Shown here one piece after another: positions 9,386 through 18,952 of a DNA stretch of 64,000 nt (position 1 is its first letter; each line of letters begins with the position of its first letter). The stretch comes from an uncultured Actinomycetota bacterium (lineage in GTDB: Bacteria; Actinomycetota; UBA4738; HRBIN12). The translations under genes and the position numbers were made by a program. The stretch spans positions 132,849 through 196,848 of the forward strand of contig CAVPCM010000008.1 in the NCBI GenBank assembly GCA_963702405.1, read 5' to 3'. A model generated the notes under the pieces. It made no database searches. It was given only the letters and a program-made list of their open reading frames with translations, and was not told the origin of the DNA.

Positions 9386-10734
9386 GGCACGACACCGTAC
9401 AGGTGCCAGCGATCCGGGATGCCCTTCAGATCGTGCTCACCGCGGTCCTGGAAGACGAGACCGGACCCGGCGACGAGGTCCTTCACGGTCGAGGAGACGA
9501 GGACCTCAGACGGCCCGGCCATCCCCCCGACCCTCGCCCCGATGTTCACGGCGATGCCGCCGACCTTCCCGTCGATCGTCTCGACCTCGCCCGTATGGAC
9601 GCCGGCGCGGACCACGAGGTCGAGCGCCCGGACGGCCTCGACGATCGCCTCCGCACAGCGCACGGCGCGAGCGGGTCCGTCGAACGTCGCGAAGAACCCA
9701 TCGCCGGCCGTGTCGATCTCGACCCCGTGATACCTCCCCAAGATCGCTCGGACCGTGGCGTGGTGGCCCTCGACGGTCTCCCGCCATCGTCGGTCGCCGA
9801 GTTCGGCCGCCTTCTCCGTCGATCCCACGATGTCCGTGAAGAGCACCGACGCGAGCACCCGATCGAACGATGCCTCCTCGTCGCGCACCGAGCCGAGGAA
9901 CCGGCCGATCACGTCGATCACCGTCGCCAGGTCACCATCGCCCGGGAGGTGGTCCGCGCCCTCGAGCTCGACAAGATGCGCGCCCGGGATGTGGCCGGCC
10001 AGATACCGTCCTTCCTCGATCTGGTACACGCCCTCGTCCTTCCGATGCATGACCAAGGTCGGTGCCTGCACCGTGCGGAGCACCGGCCGGACGTCCGTCT
10101 CTCGTTCCATCCGGTTCAGCGCCATCGCCATGCCCGGACTCGCCGCCTGTCGGTAATAGGTCGTCCACCGGGCGATCGACTCGGGATCTCGGCGCATCGT
10201 GGGACCCAGGTACTCGATGAATTCCTCCACGTAGTCGGGCTGTCCCCAGCGCTCCTCGACTTCCCGATCGTGGGCGTTCCACTCGTCGGCACCCCATGCC
10301 CACGGGTAGTCCTCGTCGCGCAGGCCGCTCGCGTAGGTCCCGAACAGGATGAGCGCGGCGGTGCGATCCGGGTAGGTCGCCGCGAAGAAGATCGCCAGCG
10401 GCCCGGTCGAGTCCATCCCGAAGAGCGCCGGTCGCCCGGATCCCGCGGCCTCCATCACGGTCAGCGCGTCCGCGACTCGCGTCTCCAGCGTCGGCAGCCG
10501 TTCGACGGTCAGCGGGTCGGACAGCCCCGCTCCCCGTGGATCGAACACGATGACGCGTCCGATCGATGCGAGGGCGTCGAGGAACGAACCGAACGACGGG
10601 AGCGCCCAGATCAACTCGATGTTCGAGTAGGCCGCCGAGACCATCAGCACGTCGATCGGCCCGTCACCGGCGACCTGGTACGCGATGTGCGTCCCGTCGC
10701 TTGATCTCGCGTAGTGGACGTCGGGAGCCTGCAC
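9382..10734 (-). CDS. Alpha/beta-hydrolase fused to a class III adenylate/guanylate cyclase domain (LipJ-like)
   Basis: The N-terminal alpha/beta-hydrolase fold (GMDSTG nucleophile elbow) precedes a C-terminal cyclase domain (VLFTDIVGSTE...GDGFFATF...GVHTGEV). The track ORF runs to 10878, but its Arg-rich leader is implausible. A GTG at 10734 preceded by GAGGATAGG is the likelier start. Confidence 0.75.
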   Translation of the reverse strand: MQAPDVHYARSSDGTHIAYQVAGDGPIDVLMVSAAYSNIELIWALPSFGSFLDALASIGRVIVFDPRGAGLSDPLTVERLPTLETRVADALTVMEAAGSGRPALFGMDSTGPLAIFFAATYPDRTAALILFGTYASGLRDEDYPWAWGADEWNAHDREVEERWGQPDYVEEFIEYLGPTMRRDPESIARWTTYYRQAASPGMAMALNRMERETDVRPVLRTVQAPTLVMHRKDEGVYQIEEGRYLAGHIPGAHLVELEGADHLPGDGDLATVIDVIGRFLGSVRDEEASFDRVLASVLFTDIVGSTEKAAELGDRRWRETVEGHHATVRAILGRYHGVEIDTAGDGFFATFDGPARAVRCAEAIVEAVRALDLVVRAGVHTGEVETIDGKVGGIAVNIGARVGGMAGPSEVLVSSTVKDLVAGSGLVFQDRGEHDLKGIPDRWHLYGVVP

Positions 10735-10790
10735 CGGCCTATCCTCGTCCGCTCCGGTCAGACCCCGCAAGCTGATGGGGAGATCGTCGA

Positions 10791-10796
10791 TAGACT
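10791..10796 (+). promoter_or_regulatory. -10-like box TAGACT, 6 nt upstream of the ATG at 10803
   Basis: Same spacing and sequence class as the box upstream of the thiolase gene (47866). Confidence 0.3.
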
Positions 10797-10802
10797 CGCC
10801 GC

Positions 10803-11204
10803 ATGGCCGAGAAGCTGCGGGTGATCGTCGCGAAGCCGGGCCTCGACGGGCACGACCGCGGCGCCAAGGTGGTCGCACGGGCCCTGCGCGACGCGGGCTT
10901 CGAAGTGATCTACACCGGTCTGTTCCAGACGCCGGAGCAGATCGCCGAGGCGGCGATCCAGGAGGACGCGGACGCCGTCGGGCTCTCCTGCCATTCGGGG
11001 GCGCACATGACGCTCTTCCCGAAGGTGGTCAAGGAGCTCCGTGCCCGCGGCGCCGACGACGTGGTGGTCGTGGCGGGCGGCGTGATCCCCGCGGATGACA
11101 TCCCCAGGCTCAAGGAGGCGGGGATCGAGGAGGTCTTCACCCCCGGCGCCAACACGGGAGACATCGCATCATGGCTCCGCGATCGGTTGAGTGCGAAGGC
11201 CTAA
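10803..11204 (+). CDS. Stand-alone cobalamin-binding domain protein (methylmalonyl-CoA mutase C-terminal domain-type small subunit)
   Basis: A 133-aa B12-binding Rossmann-like domain with DxHxxG ([13 protein letters not shown]) and an SxL / GG motif. It sits immediately upstream of sucC. Confidence 0.85.
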   Translation: MAEKLRVIVAKPGLDGHDRGAKVVARALRDAGFEVIYTGLFQTPEQIAEAAIQEDADAVGLSCHSGAHMTLFPKVVKELRARGADDVVVVAGGVIPADDIPRLKEAGIEEVFTPGANTGDIASWLRDRLSAKA

Positions 11205-11214
11205 CGGGAGCCAC

Positions 11215-12357
11215 GTGGATCTGTACGAGCACATGGGCAAGGATCTGTTCCGCGCCCAAGGGATGCAGACGCCTCGAGGCGTCGTCGCCTTCAGCGGTGA
11301 GGACGCCGCCGCCGCGACGCGGGAGCTCGGCGGCCGGTCGGTCGTGAAGATCCAGGTGCAGGTCGGCGGCCGCGGCAAGGGAGGGGGAGTCGAGCTCTGC
11401 GAGACCCCCGAGGCCGCCGCCGCGGCCGCCGATCGGATGATCGGCACCGCGTTCAAGGGATTCGCCGTCACCCGTGTCCTCGTCGAGGAGCTCCTGCCGA
11501 TCGCCCAAGAGTTCTACACGTCGCTCCTGCTGGACCGGTCACGCGGCGACTACCTCGCGATGATGACGGCCGATGGCGGCGTCGACATCGAGGAGCTCGC
11601 CCGGACGCGTCCGGAGGCGCTCCGACGCATCCATATCGATCCACTGCTCGGCCTTCGCTCCTATCACGTCCGCGAGCTCGTCGGGACGCTGCCGGTGGAG
11701 GCCTGGGAGGGCGCCGGCGAGGCGTTCCGGAAGATGTACGAGCTCGTCGTCGAGCGCGACGCGACCCTCGTGGAGATCAACCCGTTGGTCCTCCTGGAGG
11801 ACGACCGGGTCGTCGCGCTCGACGCCAAGGTCACGATCGACGACAACGCCCTGTGGCGCCAGGCGGACATCGCGGAGCTCGCGGATCAATTCCCGATCGA
11901 CGAGGTGGAGGCGCGGGCGAAGGAGCAGGGGCTGCAGTACGTGAAGCTCGACGGGGTCGTGGGCATCATCGGGAACGGCGCGGGGCTCGTGATGTCCACC
12001 CTGGACGTGGTGGCGCAAGCGGGCGCCCGAGCGGCGAACTTCCTCGACGTCGGAGGCGGTGCGTCGGCGGACCAGATGGCCACGTCGCTCGAGGTCGTGC
12101 TCTCGGACCCGGCAGTCAGGGTCGTGCTCGTGAACATCTTCGGAGGGATCACGCGATGCGACCTCGTCGCCCAGGGGATCCTCGAGGCACTCGAGCGCGT
12201 CGACGCGCGCGTCCCGATCGTGGTGCGCCTCGACGGCACGAACGCGGAGGACGGCCGTCGCATCCTGTCCGATGCGGCGCATCCACGGATCGTGCCGGTC
12301 GCGAACATGCTCCAGGCGGCCGAGGAAGCCGCGGACCTCGCGGGGGCCGAACCGTGA
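11215..12357 (+). CDS. sucC: Succinate--CoA ligase (ADP-forming) beta subunit
   Basis: The N-terminus [12 protein letters not shown] (GTG start), an ATP-grasp domain, and a CoA-ligase domain ([15 protein letters not shown]). Confidence 0.9.
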   Translation: MDLYEHMGKDLFRAQGMQTPRGVVAFSGEDAAAATRELGGRSVVKIQVQVGGRGKGGGVELCETPEAAAAAADRMIGTAFKGFAVTRVLVEELLPIAQEFYTSLLLDRSRGDYLAMMTADGGVDIEELARTRPEALRRIHIDPLLGLRSYHVRELVGTLPVEAWEGAGEAFRKMYELVVERDATLVEINPLVLLEDDRVVALDAKVTIDDNALWRQADIAELADQFPIDEVEARAKEQGLQYVKLDGVVGIIGNGAGLVMSTLDVVAQAGARAANFLDVGGGASADQMATSLEVVLSDPAVRVVLVNIFGGITRCDLVAQGILEALERVDARVPIVVRLDGTNAEDGRRILSDAAHPRIVPVANMLQAAEEAADLAGAEP

Positions 12358-13223
12358 GCATCCTCGTCGACGAGCGGACGAGCCTCGTTGTCCAGGGCAT
12401 CACCGGGAACGAGGGGACGTTCCACACCCTCCGGAACCGCGACTACGGGACGAAGGTCGTGGCCGGCGTGACCCCGGGCAAGGGCGGCCAGGACGTCGAG
12501 GGGATCCCTGTCTTCGACACCGTCGCGCGCGCCGTGGCCGAGACGGGCGCGAACACGTCGATGATCTTCGTCCCTCCGCGGTTCGCGGCCGAGGCGATCC
12601 TCGAAGCGGTCGACGCCGGCGTCGATCTGGTGGTGTGCATCACGGAAGGGATCCCGGTCAATGATCTCGCCAACGTCCACAGCTACCTGGAGGCGTGCAG
12701 AACGCGATTGGTGGGCCCGAACTGCCCGGGGGTGATCTCGCCCGGGCAGGCGAACGTCGGTATCATCCCGGGGGAGATCTGCGCTCCCGGCACGGTCGGG
12801 CTCGTCTCGCGCAGCGGCACGCTCGTGTATCAGATCGTTCACGAGCTCACGCAGCGGGGGATCGGTCAGTCGACGTGCGTCGGGATGGGCGGCGACCCCG
12901 TGCACGGGATCGGGTTCGTCGAGGCGCTCGAGCTCTTCCAAGCCGACGCCGAGACCGAGCTCATCGTGCTGACCGGTGAGATCGGCGGCGACGACGAGGA
13001 GCGCGCGGCCGCGGTCATCGCGGAGCGGGTGACCAAGCCGGTCGTCGGTTACCTCGCCGGCTTCGAGGCTCCGCCGGGCAAGCGGATGGGCCACGCAGGG
13101 GCGATCGTGACCGGATCGAGCGGCACGGCGGCGGCCAAGGCGGAGGCCCTCGAGGCCGTGGGGGCGTCAGTCGGGCGCAATCCCTCACAGGTGGCAGACC
13201 TGGTGGCGGAGCGCCTGGGGTGA
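12354..13223 (+). CDS. sucD: Succinate--CoA ligase alpha subunit
   Basis: A GTGA overlap with the sucC stop. Characteristic segments are [12 protein letters not shown] and the phosphohistidine loop GHAGAIV. The protein is 289 aa. Confidence 0.9.
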   Translation: MSILVDERTSLVVQGITGNEGTFHTLRNRDYGTKVVAGVTPGKGGQDVEGIPVFDTVARAVAETGANTSMIFVPPRFAAEAILEAVDAGVDLVVCITEGIPVNDLANVHSYLEACRTRLVGPNCPGVISPGQANVGIIPGEICAPGTVGLVSRSGTLVYQIVHELTQRGIGQSTCVGMGGDPVHGIGFVEALELFQADAETELIVLTGEIGGDDEERAAAVIAERVTKPVVGYLAGFEAPPGKRMGHAGAIVTGSSGTAAAKAEALEAVGASVGRNPSQVADLVAERLG

Positions 13224-14464
13224 GATTGCCGCCGTCCCCCGGGCGTCCGGGGGGGCTCGCCGACGCCGGGGGGATCGTCGGCCGGGCTGCGGTAGGGGGC
13301 ACGATCGCGTTCGTCACCCTGATCGCTGTCGGCCAGCTGCTCGCCGGGCTCGGGCTCCTCCTGATCGGGGTATACGGATTCTGGTCGTGGGTGAAGATCG
13401 GTCTCCTCACCGCCCTCCTGTCGCTGCGAGCGGATGTGCTCGCGACCGTGGAGGGCCCGCCGATCCTCCGGACCGCGACCGACTCGACGACGATCCAGGG
13501 GCGTTTCGTCCCGATGGCCCTGACGATCGGGTTCCTGTGGCTGGCGGCGCGCGCCGGCCGTCGCGCGGCACACGTGGGGGCGCCGCGATCCGCGCTCGCG
13601 GCCGCCGGTCTGGTGGGGGCCGGCGCCGCGGTCCCGGTGGCCATCCTCGCGGCCGTCTGCGCGACCCTGGTGACCCTCTCGTTCCCCGCCCTCGGGCTTC
13701 GGATCGAGGTCGACACGGCCGGTGTGGCTCTCTGGGCCGGGATCCTCGCCGCAGCCGGGGCGGGGGCCGGCGCGTACCTGGAGGTGGCCCGCGGCCGGTC
13801 GTCCGCGGCCGCGCTCCGAGGTGGCGTCACGGCGTACGGCTGGGCGCTCGGCCTGCTCGCGGTGGGCATCTTCGTGGTCGCGACGCTCGAACCGACCGTG
13901 ACGAGGGCGTACGTCGATGGTCTGGCCGGCCTCGGGCCGGGGGGTGGCTTGCTCTTCGGCGCACACCTGCTGGCCATGCCGGCGCAGAGCGCGCTGCTGC
14001 TGGCGCCGGCTTCGGGCTCGTGCCTGGAGATCGTCGGCGAGGGGTCGATCTTCCAGCTCTGCCCATGGCGACTCGTGGGGTGGGGGCCCGCCGGCGGCAC
14101 CTTCCTCCCGGCGCCGCTCCAGCTCGCCCCGTCGCTCTGGCTGTTGAGCGCGATGCCCGGCGTCGCGGCGATGCTGGGTGGCCGGAGGGCCGCCGTCGGC
14201 ACGGGGGTCACCGGTGGGCGAGCCGCCGGGCTGGGAGCGGCTGCCGGTTTGGTGTTCGCATCGCTCGTCGTGGTCGGCGGATGGTTCGCCGCGCTCCGGT
14301 TCTCCTCGGTCCTCCTGCCGGGCCGGCTCGTCTGGGTCCACCCGGCATGGGTAGGGACGGCCCCGGCCGCGCTGGCATGGGGCGTGGCCGGTGGCGCGCT
14401 GGGTGCGTGGCTCGCCGGGCGCGCTTACGAGGAGCCGGGGCTCCCGATGCCGACCTCGGCGTAG
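13220..14464 (+). CDS. Polytopic integral membrane protein (about 10 TM), hypothetical; possibly PerM-like by position
   Basis: A 414-aa hydrophobic ORF with a GTGA overlap onto the sucD stop. I see no recognisable catalytic motif. Confidence 0.55.
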   Translation: MRLPPSPGRPGGLADAGGIVGRAAVGGTIAFVTLIAVGQLLAGLGLLLIGVYGFWSWVKIGLLTALLSLRADVLATVEGPPILRTATDSTTIQGRFVPMALTIGFLWLAARAGRRAAHVGAPRSALAAAGLVGAGAAVPVAILAAVCATLVTLSFPALGLRIEVDTAGVALWAGILAAAGAGAGAYLEVARGRSSAAALRGGVTAYGWALGLLAVGIFVVATLEPTVTRAYVDGLAGLGPGGGLLFGAHLLAMPAQSALLLAPASGSCLEIVGEGSIFQLCPWRLVGWGPAGGTFLPAPLQLAPSLWLLSAMPGVAAMLGGRRAAVGTGVTGGRAAGLGAAAGLVFASLVVVGGWFAALRFSSVLLPGRLVWVHPAWVGTAPAALAWGVAGGALGAWLAGRAYEEPGLPMPTSA

Positions 14465-15132
14465 TTCGTCTCGATCGCGGTGAAGCGACGCCAGGCAGCC
14501 GCCCATCCGTCGTCGTCGCGAGGGAAACGCTCGAGGGGGCGGGTGGGATCGGTCCGTTGCCAGATCCCGAAGAACGTCCGCCCGTACCCGAGCAGGTACG
14601 TCGATCCCGAATGGGTGTACTGGAGCACCTGATCGTCGGAGGGGTCGGGTGCCGGGGATCCGGACGACCCCATGCCGGCTCCCCCCATCGGCTGCGTCGA
14701 GCTCGTCCCACCCGCCGAGGCGGACCCACCCGCGCCGACCGGGACGTTGTTGGGCTCGAGTTGGACGAACCTGGTCCACGCGTTCCGCCATCCCTCGTCC
14801 GTCCGCGGGAAGGTCTCGAACGGGTTGCCGGGCGTCTGGCGATCCCAGATGCCGAAGAGGTCCGCTTCGTAGCCCAGCACGTAGCGATACCCGGAGTGCG
14901 TGTACTGCGCGGATGCCGGAGACGGGCTGGCGAGCGCACCCGATCCGGCCGGCGTGGTCTCCGCCGCCCAGCCGGACGACGTCTCGGCGGGAGCCGGTCC
15001 CGCATCGGCGGACGTTCCTTCGGGCCGTTGCTGCATGGCGGTCTCCGGATCGGTGCGGAGGTCGCTGAAGCAGTAGCGACACTTGACAGCGTCGTCCTGG
15101 ATCTCCTCGGCGCAGTACGGGCACTTCTTCAC
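14425..15132 (-). CDS. Zinc-ribbon protein with two tandem ~55-aa repeat domains (hypothetical)
   Basis: An N-terminal CPYC...CRYC zinc ribbon is followed by a Ser/Ala/Gly linker and then two copies of the YTHSG(Y/S)xY(V/L)LGY...FGIW(D/Q)R...FPR(T/D)D(E/D)GW...W(T/R)RF repeat. Confidence 0.55.
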   Translation of the reverse strand: MKKCPYCAEEIQDDAVKCRYCFSDLRTDPETAMQQRPEGTSADAGPAPAETSSGWAAETTPAGSGALASPSPASAQYTHSGYRYVLGYEADLFGIWDRQTPGNPFETFPRTDEGWRNAWTRFVQLEPNNVPVGAGGSASAGGTSSTQPMGGAGMGSSGSPAPDPSDDQVLQYTHSGSTYLLGYGRTFFGIWQRTDPTRPLERFPRDDDGWAAAWRRFTAIETNYAEVGIGSPGSS

Positions 15133-15247
15133 GACGGGTCCTTTCGACAGTTTCGGCCGACGGGTGGGGATCGAAGGCTACCCCGAAACGGAAGAGGCGG
15201 GCCCGGCTCGGGGCCCGCCTCTCGCGGAGGTTGCTGATGGGTCAGGT

Positions 15248-15871
15248 CTACATGTCCGACGTGCCCGACGGCGGCATCCCACCGCTCGGCGGGGGTGGGT
15301 CGGTCGGTGGCATGCTCGGCGGAGGCGCGCTGGGCGGGGGCGCGCTTGGAGGCGGGGTTCCGCCACCCATCGTGCCGCCTCCCGTATCGCCCATCTGGAA
15401 GCCGCCGCTCGACTGCACATTCTGCCAAGCGCCCCAGCCGATCGCGACCAGGAGGACGAGTCCCACGAACGCCGCCCACCCGGGAGACTCCGTGAGGACG
15501 AAGATGAACTTCAGGAGCCCGAAGGCCGCGACCCCGAGCCCGAGGAACCCGGTGAGCTTGTCGGCGGACATCGAGCCCATATTCATGTTCGCCATGCTTC
15601 CGGTCATCGACAGGACGCCGAAGACGATGAGCGCGATCGCGAGCAGTCCCGTGACGACGCCGAAGAAGGATCCGCTACCGCCCCACATCGTGAAGTTGGC
15701 GCAGGCGTCGAATCCGCCCAGGTCGCCCAAGTCACCGAGGACATCTGACGCACATACGCTCTGCCAGGGGAGGAAGCTATCGATCAGGAGCAGGATGCTG
15801 CCTCCCGCGAGGAGCTTCTCCGCGGTCGACATCTTCGACATGTCGAAGCCGGACGAGCCAGAACCTTCCAT
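15248..15871 (-). CDS. 4-TM membrane protein with a Gly/Pro-rich C-terminal tail (hypothetical)
   Basis: Four hydrophobic helices are followed by GGTPPPSAPPPSAPPPSMPPTDPPPPSGG. The coding region shows good GC3. Confidence 0.5.
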   Translation of the reverse strand: MEGSGSSGFDMSKMSTAEKLLAGGSILLLIDSFLPWQSVCASDVLGDLGDLGGFDACANFTMWGGSGSFFGVVTGLLAIALIVFGVLSMTGSMANMNMGSMSADKLTGFLGLGVAAFGLLKFIFVLTESPGWAAFVGLVLLVAIGWGAWQNVQSSGGFQMGDTGGGTMGGGTPPPSAPPPSAPPPSMPPTDPPPPSGGMPPSGTSDM

Positions 15872-15951
15872 GCATCGCTCCTTTCAACCGCCGCGCGCTC
15901 GCGCGGCCGGGTGCATCTCGTTCGCTATCCAAGAGGGGCCCGGAGCCGGAG

Positions 15952-16623
15952 TCAAACACCCTGCCCGGGACGGTGTTCCGCCACGAGGCTCGCTATCGCC
16001 CCCGCCGCCGCGACCGCCCCGCCGACGGCGCCGAGCCAGGGCCCCCAGGAGGCCTCCTGGAACGTGGGTGGGAACGCGATCGCGAGCGCCGAGCCCAGCG
16101 CCACCGCGACGCCCCCGACGATCACGAGGGTCGCCAGCGTCCTGGTCCCGCGGGCTCGGAACCACCACGCCACCACGAGGAGGGCGACGGCTGCGAGGGC
16201 CGCGATCATCGACCACCGGACGCTCGGGACCCATGCACCGAGCAGGCGATCGCCGGCACCCGTCCTCGTCCAGGGACCGATCGTGGCCACGACCGCCACG
16301 ACGGCTCCGGCGACGGCCGCCATCGACCGGGGGACGATCGTGACCGTTTCCGGAGGGACTGTCAGCTGGGGGTCGCCGAGCTCCGCCGCCAGGCACTCGG
16401 GGCCGATCACACGGCCTCGGACCGGGACCGCGCAGGGGAGGCAGATCGGTTCCTCGCACGCGCTGCAGCGGGCGACGGCCGCTCTGCTGGGGTGGTGGAC
16501 GCACCGCTCGTGGGTGACGGCGCCGGGAGTCTCGGCGCTCGCGGCTGTGTCGCCGCTCTCCCGAGACGGGGTGGCGGGCCGGGACGCCTCCGGGGTCGCG
16601 CGGATCCGCTCGTCGGCTTCCAC
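15952..16623 (-). CDS. Membrane protein with an N-terminal Cys/His zinc-finger-like motif (hypothetical)
   Basis: The pattern C-x-HH-x8-C-x2-C-x4-C-x2-C-x12-C is followed by three or four TM helices. Confidence 0.5.
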   Translation of the reverse strand: MEADERIRATPEASRPATPSRESGDTAASAETPGAVTHERCVHHPSRAAVARCSACEEPICLPCAVPVRGRVIGPECLAAELGDPQLTVPPETVTIVPRSMAAVAGAVVAVVATIGPWTRTGAGDRLLGAWVPSVRWSMIAALAAVALLVVAWWFRARGTRTLATLVIVGGVAVALGSALAIAFPPTFQEASWGPWLGAVGGAVAAAGAIASLVAEHRPGQGV

Positions 16624-16660
16624 GGCGATAGCGTACGGCCTGGCCGGTCCGTGCCTCTGA

Positions 16661-16666
16661 TAGCGT
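16661..16666 (+). promoter_or_regulatory. -10-like box TAGCGT (duplicated GATAGCGT at 16628 and 16659) upstream of purN
   Basis: A TAnnnT box about 10 nt before the ATG at 16677. A second copy lies 31 nt upstream. Confidence 0.25.
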
Positions 16667-16676
16667 GGCCGCGTCG

Positions 16677-17297
16677 ATGAGGACGTCGTTCGCCGAGCGG
16701 ATCGCGGTGCTCGTTTCCGGCTCCGGGACGAACCTGCAAGCGCTCCTCGACCACCCCGTCTGCGGCCCCCGTATCGCCCTCGTCCTGTCGGATCGTCCCG
16801 GGGCGAAGGCGATCGAGCGTGCGGAATCCCATGGCGTCGAGTGGGCCGTCCTCGAGCCGAAGGACGTCGACGGCCGAGAGGCGTTCGACCGTGCTGTGGC
16901 CGATCTCCTCCGCGATCGGAGGATCGACGCGATGGTGACCGCCGGGTACATGCGACTGCTGGGACCGGCGGTCCTCGATGCCTACGCCGGCCGCTGGCTG
17001 AACGTCCATCCCTCTCTCCTCCCCGCGTTCCCGGGGATGCACGGCGTCGCGGACGCCCTGGCCCATGGGGTGAAGGTGACCGGGGTCACGGTGTTCCTCG
17101 TCGACGAGGGGACGGACACGGGTCCGATCGTCCTGCAGGAGGCGATCGAGGTCTTCGACGACGACGACTGGGACTCCCTCGAGGCGCGCGTCCACGCGGT
17201 GGAGCACCGCCTGCTGCCGGCGGCCACCGCCGCGCTCGTCGAGGGCCGGATCAGGATCGATGGGCGGCACGTGACGATCGAGGGAGGGGCGACGTGA
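16677..17297 (+). CDS. purN: Phosphoribosylglycinamide formyltransferase
   Basis: [28 protein letters not shown] and HxxD motifs. The track start at 16665 is a GTG, but the ATG at 16677 gives the canonical N-terminus. Confidence 0.9.
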   Translation: MRTSFAERIAVLVSGSGTNLQALLDHPVCGPRIALVLSDRPGAKAIERAESHGVEWAVLEPKDVDGREAFDRAVADLLRDRRIDAMVTAGYMRLLGPAVLDAYAGRWLNVHPSLLPAFPGMHGVADALAHGVKVTGVTVFLVDEGTDTGPIVLQEAIEVFDDDDWDSLEARVHAVEHRLLPAATAALVEGRIRIDGRHVTIEGGAT

Positions 17298-18857
17298 CGG
17301 ACGTCCGGGAGGTACGGCGGGCCCTGCTCGCGGTCTACGACAAGGCGGGCGTGGTGGAGCTGGCCCGAGCGTTGGTGGAGCTCGGCGTCTCGCTCGTGTC
17401 CTCCGGCGGGACGGCCGCCACGCTCCGCGACGCCGGGGTGCCGGTCACGCCCGTTGAGGAGGTGACGGGCTTCCCCGAGATGCTCGGCGGGCAGGGTGAA
17501 GACGCTCCATCCGCGGATCCACGGCGGGTTGCTGGCGGACAGACGGAAGCCCGAGCACCTCGCACAGCTCGCGGCGCACGGGATCGAGCCGTTCGACCTC
17601 GTCGTCGTCAACCTCTACCCCTTCCGGGAGACGGTTGCGTCGGGCGCAGTTGCCGACGACGTGATCGAGAAGATCGACATCGGCGGGCCCGCGATGGTGC
17701 GTGCCGCCGCCAAGAACTTCGAGTCGGTGGGCGTCGTGGTGGATCCGTCGAGCTACCCGGCGATCGTGGAGGAGCTCCGCGACCGAGGCGGGCTTTCCCG
17801 CGACACGCGCGAGCGGCTCGCGGCGGCCGCCTTCGCGCACACCGCGGCCTACGACGCCGCGGTGGCGGGTTGGCTCGCCGAACAGGCGGCCGGGACCGAT
17901 CTGCCGGCGTTCGTGGGCCTCGCGTTCGAGAAGGTCGGCGACCTCCGCTACGGGGAGAATCCCCATCAGCGAGGCGCCCTGTATCGGGAGGCCGGTCGGG
18001 GCGCCACGGCCACAGGTTCGTCAGGGCCTCTGGGCGGAGCGCGCGTCCTCCAGGGGAAGGACATGTCGTTCAACAACTGGCTCGATGCGGAGGCCGCCGC
18101 CTCGCTCGTCGCCGCGCTGCCAGGCCCCGCGTGCGTGATCGTGAAGCACAACAACCCGTGCGGTGTCGCCGTCGCCGGCTCGCTGGACGAGGCCTACCGG
18201 CGCGCGTTCGACTGCGACACGGTGTCCGCGTTCGGCGGGATCGTGGCGTTCGACACCGCGGTCACGGGCGGAGCCGCCGAGGCGATGCGCGAGGTCTTCA
18301 CCGAAGTCGTGATCGCGCCCGGCTACGAGCAGGAGGCCCTCGCTGTCTTCGGTGAGCGCCCGAACCTGCGGCTGCTCGAGGCGCCCCTGCCCGGTCTCGG
18401 CGGGCTCGACATCCGCGCGATCCCCGGGGGGGCGCTCGTCCAGGACGGCGACGTCGTCTCGGAAGGTCGCGGGGAGTTCCGGGTCGTGTCGTCGCGGGAG
18501 CCGACGGAGGACGAATGGCGCGACCTGCTGCTGGCGTGGACGATCGCGTGGCGTGTGAAGTCGAACACGATCGTGCTCGTCCGCGACGGAGCGACGGTTG
18601 GTATCGGTGCCGGCCAGATGTCGAGGGTCGACTCGTCGTGGATCGCGACCCGGAAGGCGGGGGATCGTGCGAAAGGCGCCTCGCTCGCGTCGGACGCGTT
18701 CTTCCCGTTCCCCGACGCGCTCGAGGTCGCCGCCGACGCGGGCGCCACCGCAGTGATCCATCCCGGGGGATCGAAGGGGGACGACGCCGTGCTCCAGACC
18801 GCGGAGGAACGCGGGATGGCCGTCGTGCTCACGGGCCGCCGCCACTTCCGTCACTGA
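17294..18857 (+). CDS. purH: Bifunctional AICAR transformylase / IMP cyclohydrolase; apparent 1-nt insertion near 17488-17492
   Basis: A GTGA overlap with the purN stop. The MGS-like domain is in the frame of ORF 16841 ([16 protein letters not shown]...EMLGG). The conserved sequence then continues in frame 17496 ([12 protein letters not shown]...). The junction reads GGGCAGGGTGAAGACG where GGGCGGGTGAAGACG (G-R-V-K-T) is expected. The gene ends with the typical HFRH. Confidence 0.85.
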
Positions 18858-18918
18858 TCTCCCGGCACTGATCCCTGGCACTGATCTCCTGGCACTGATC
18901 TCTGGCACCGACGTCCCC
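18852..18918. repeat. 4.5 tandem copies of a 13-14-nt unit CACTGATCYCCYGG that starts at the purH stop codon
   Basis: Repeat units read directly: cactgatctcccgg, cactgatccctgg, cactgatctcctgg, cactgatctctgg, and a degenerate caccgacgtcccc. Confidence 0.7.
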
Positions 18919-18938
18919 GCGCCGGGGTGGTCAGCCGA

Positions 18939-18944
18939 TAGCAT
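18939..18944 (+). promoter_or_regulatory. -10-like box TAGCAT, 8 nt upstream of the folD GTG
   Basis: CGATAGCATCC resembles the sequence upstream of pcrA (CGTTAGCATCG) and of mdh (CGATAGCATGA). Confidence 0.35.
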
Positions 18945-18952
18945 CCGGGCCC

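Noticed and set aside
13049-15124. 691-aa ORF on the minus strand, plus similar long Arg/Pro/Gly-rich ORFs (e.g. 3594..5609+, 499..1356-, 9403..10704+, 19324..20733+ 5' part, 16841..18355+ 3' part, 53221..53586)
   Set aside because: Typical stop-codon-poor antisense or out-of-frame ORFs in 70% GC DNA. The composition is dominated by R/P/G/A and they overlap well-supported genes. Only the in-frame portions named in the features are real.
18852-18918. CRISPR array
   Set aside because: The repeat units are only 13-14 nt, directly abutting with no spacers, and there are no cas genes.
18858-18952. Possible ZTP (pfl) riboswitch in the purH-folD spacer
   Set aside because: The expected context (purH/folD, Actinomycetota) fits. 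But the spacer lacks the conserved UGACUGGCG, GUGGGA and CGCCUGGGC blocks as I remember them. It is instead built from a simple 13-14-nt tandem repeat.
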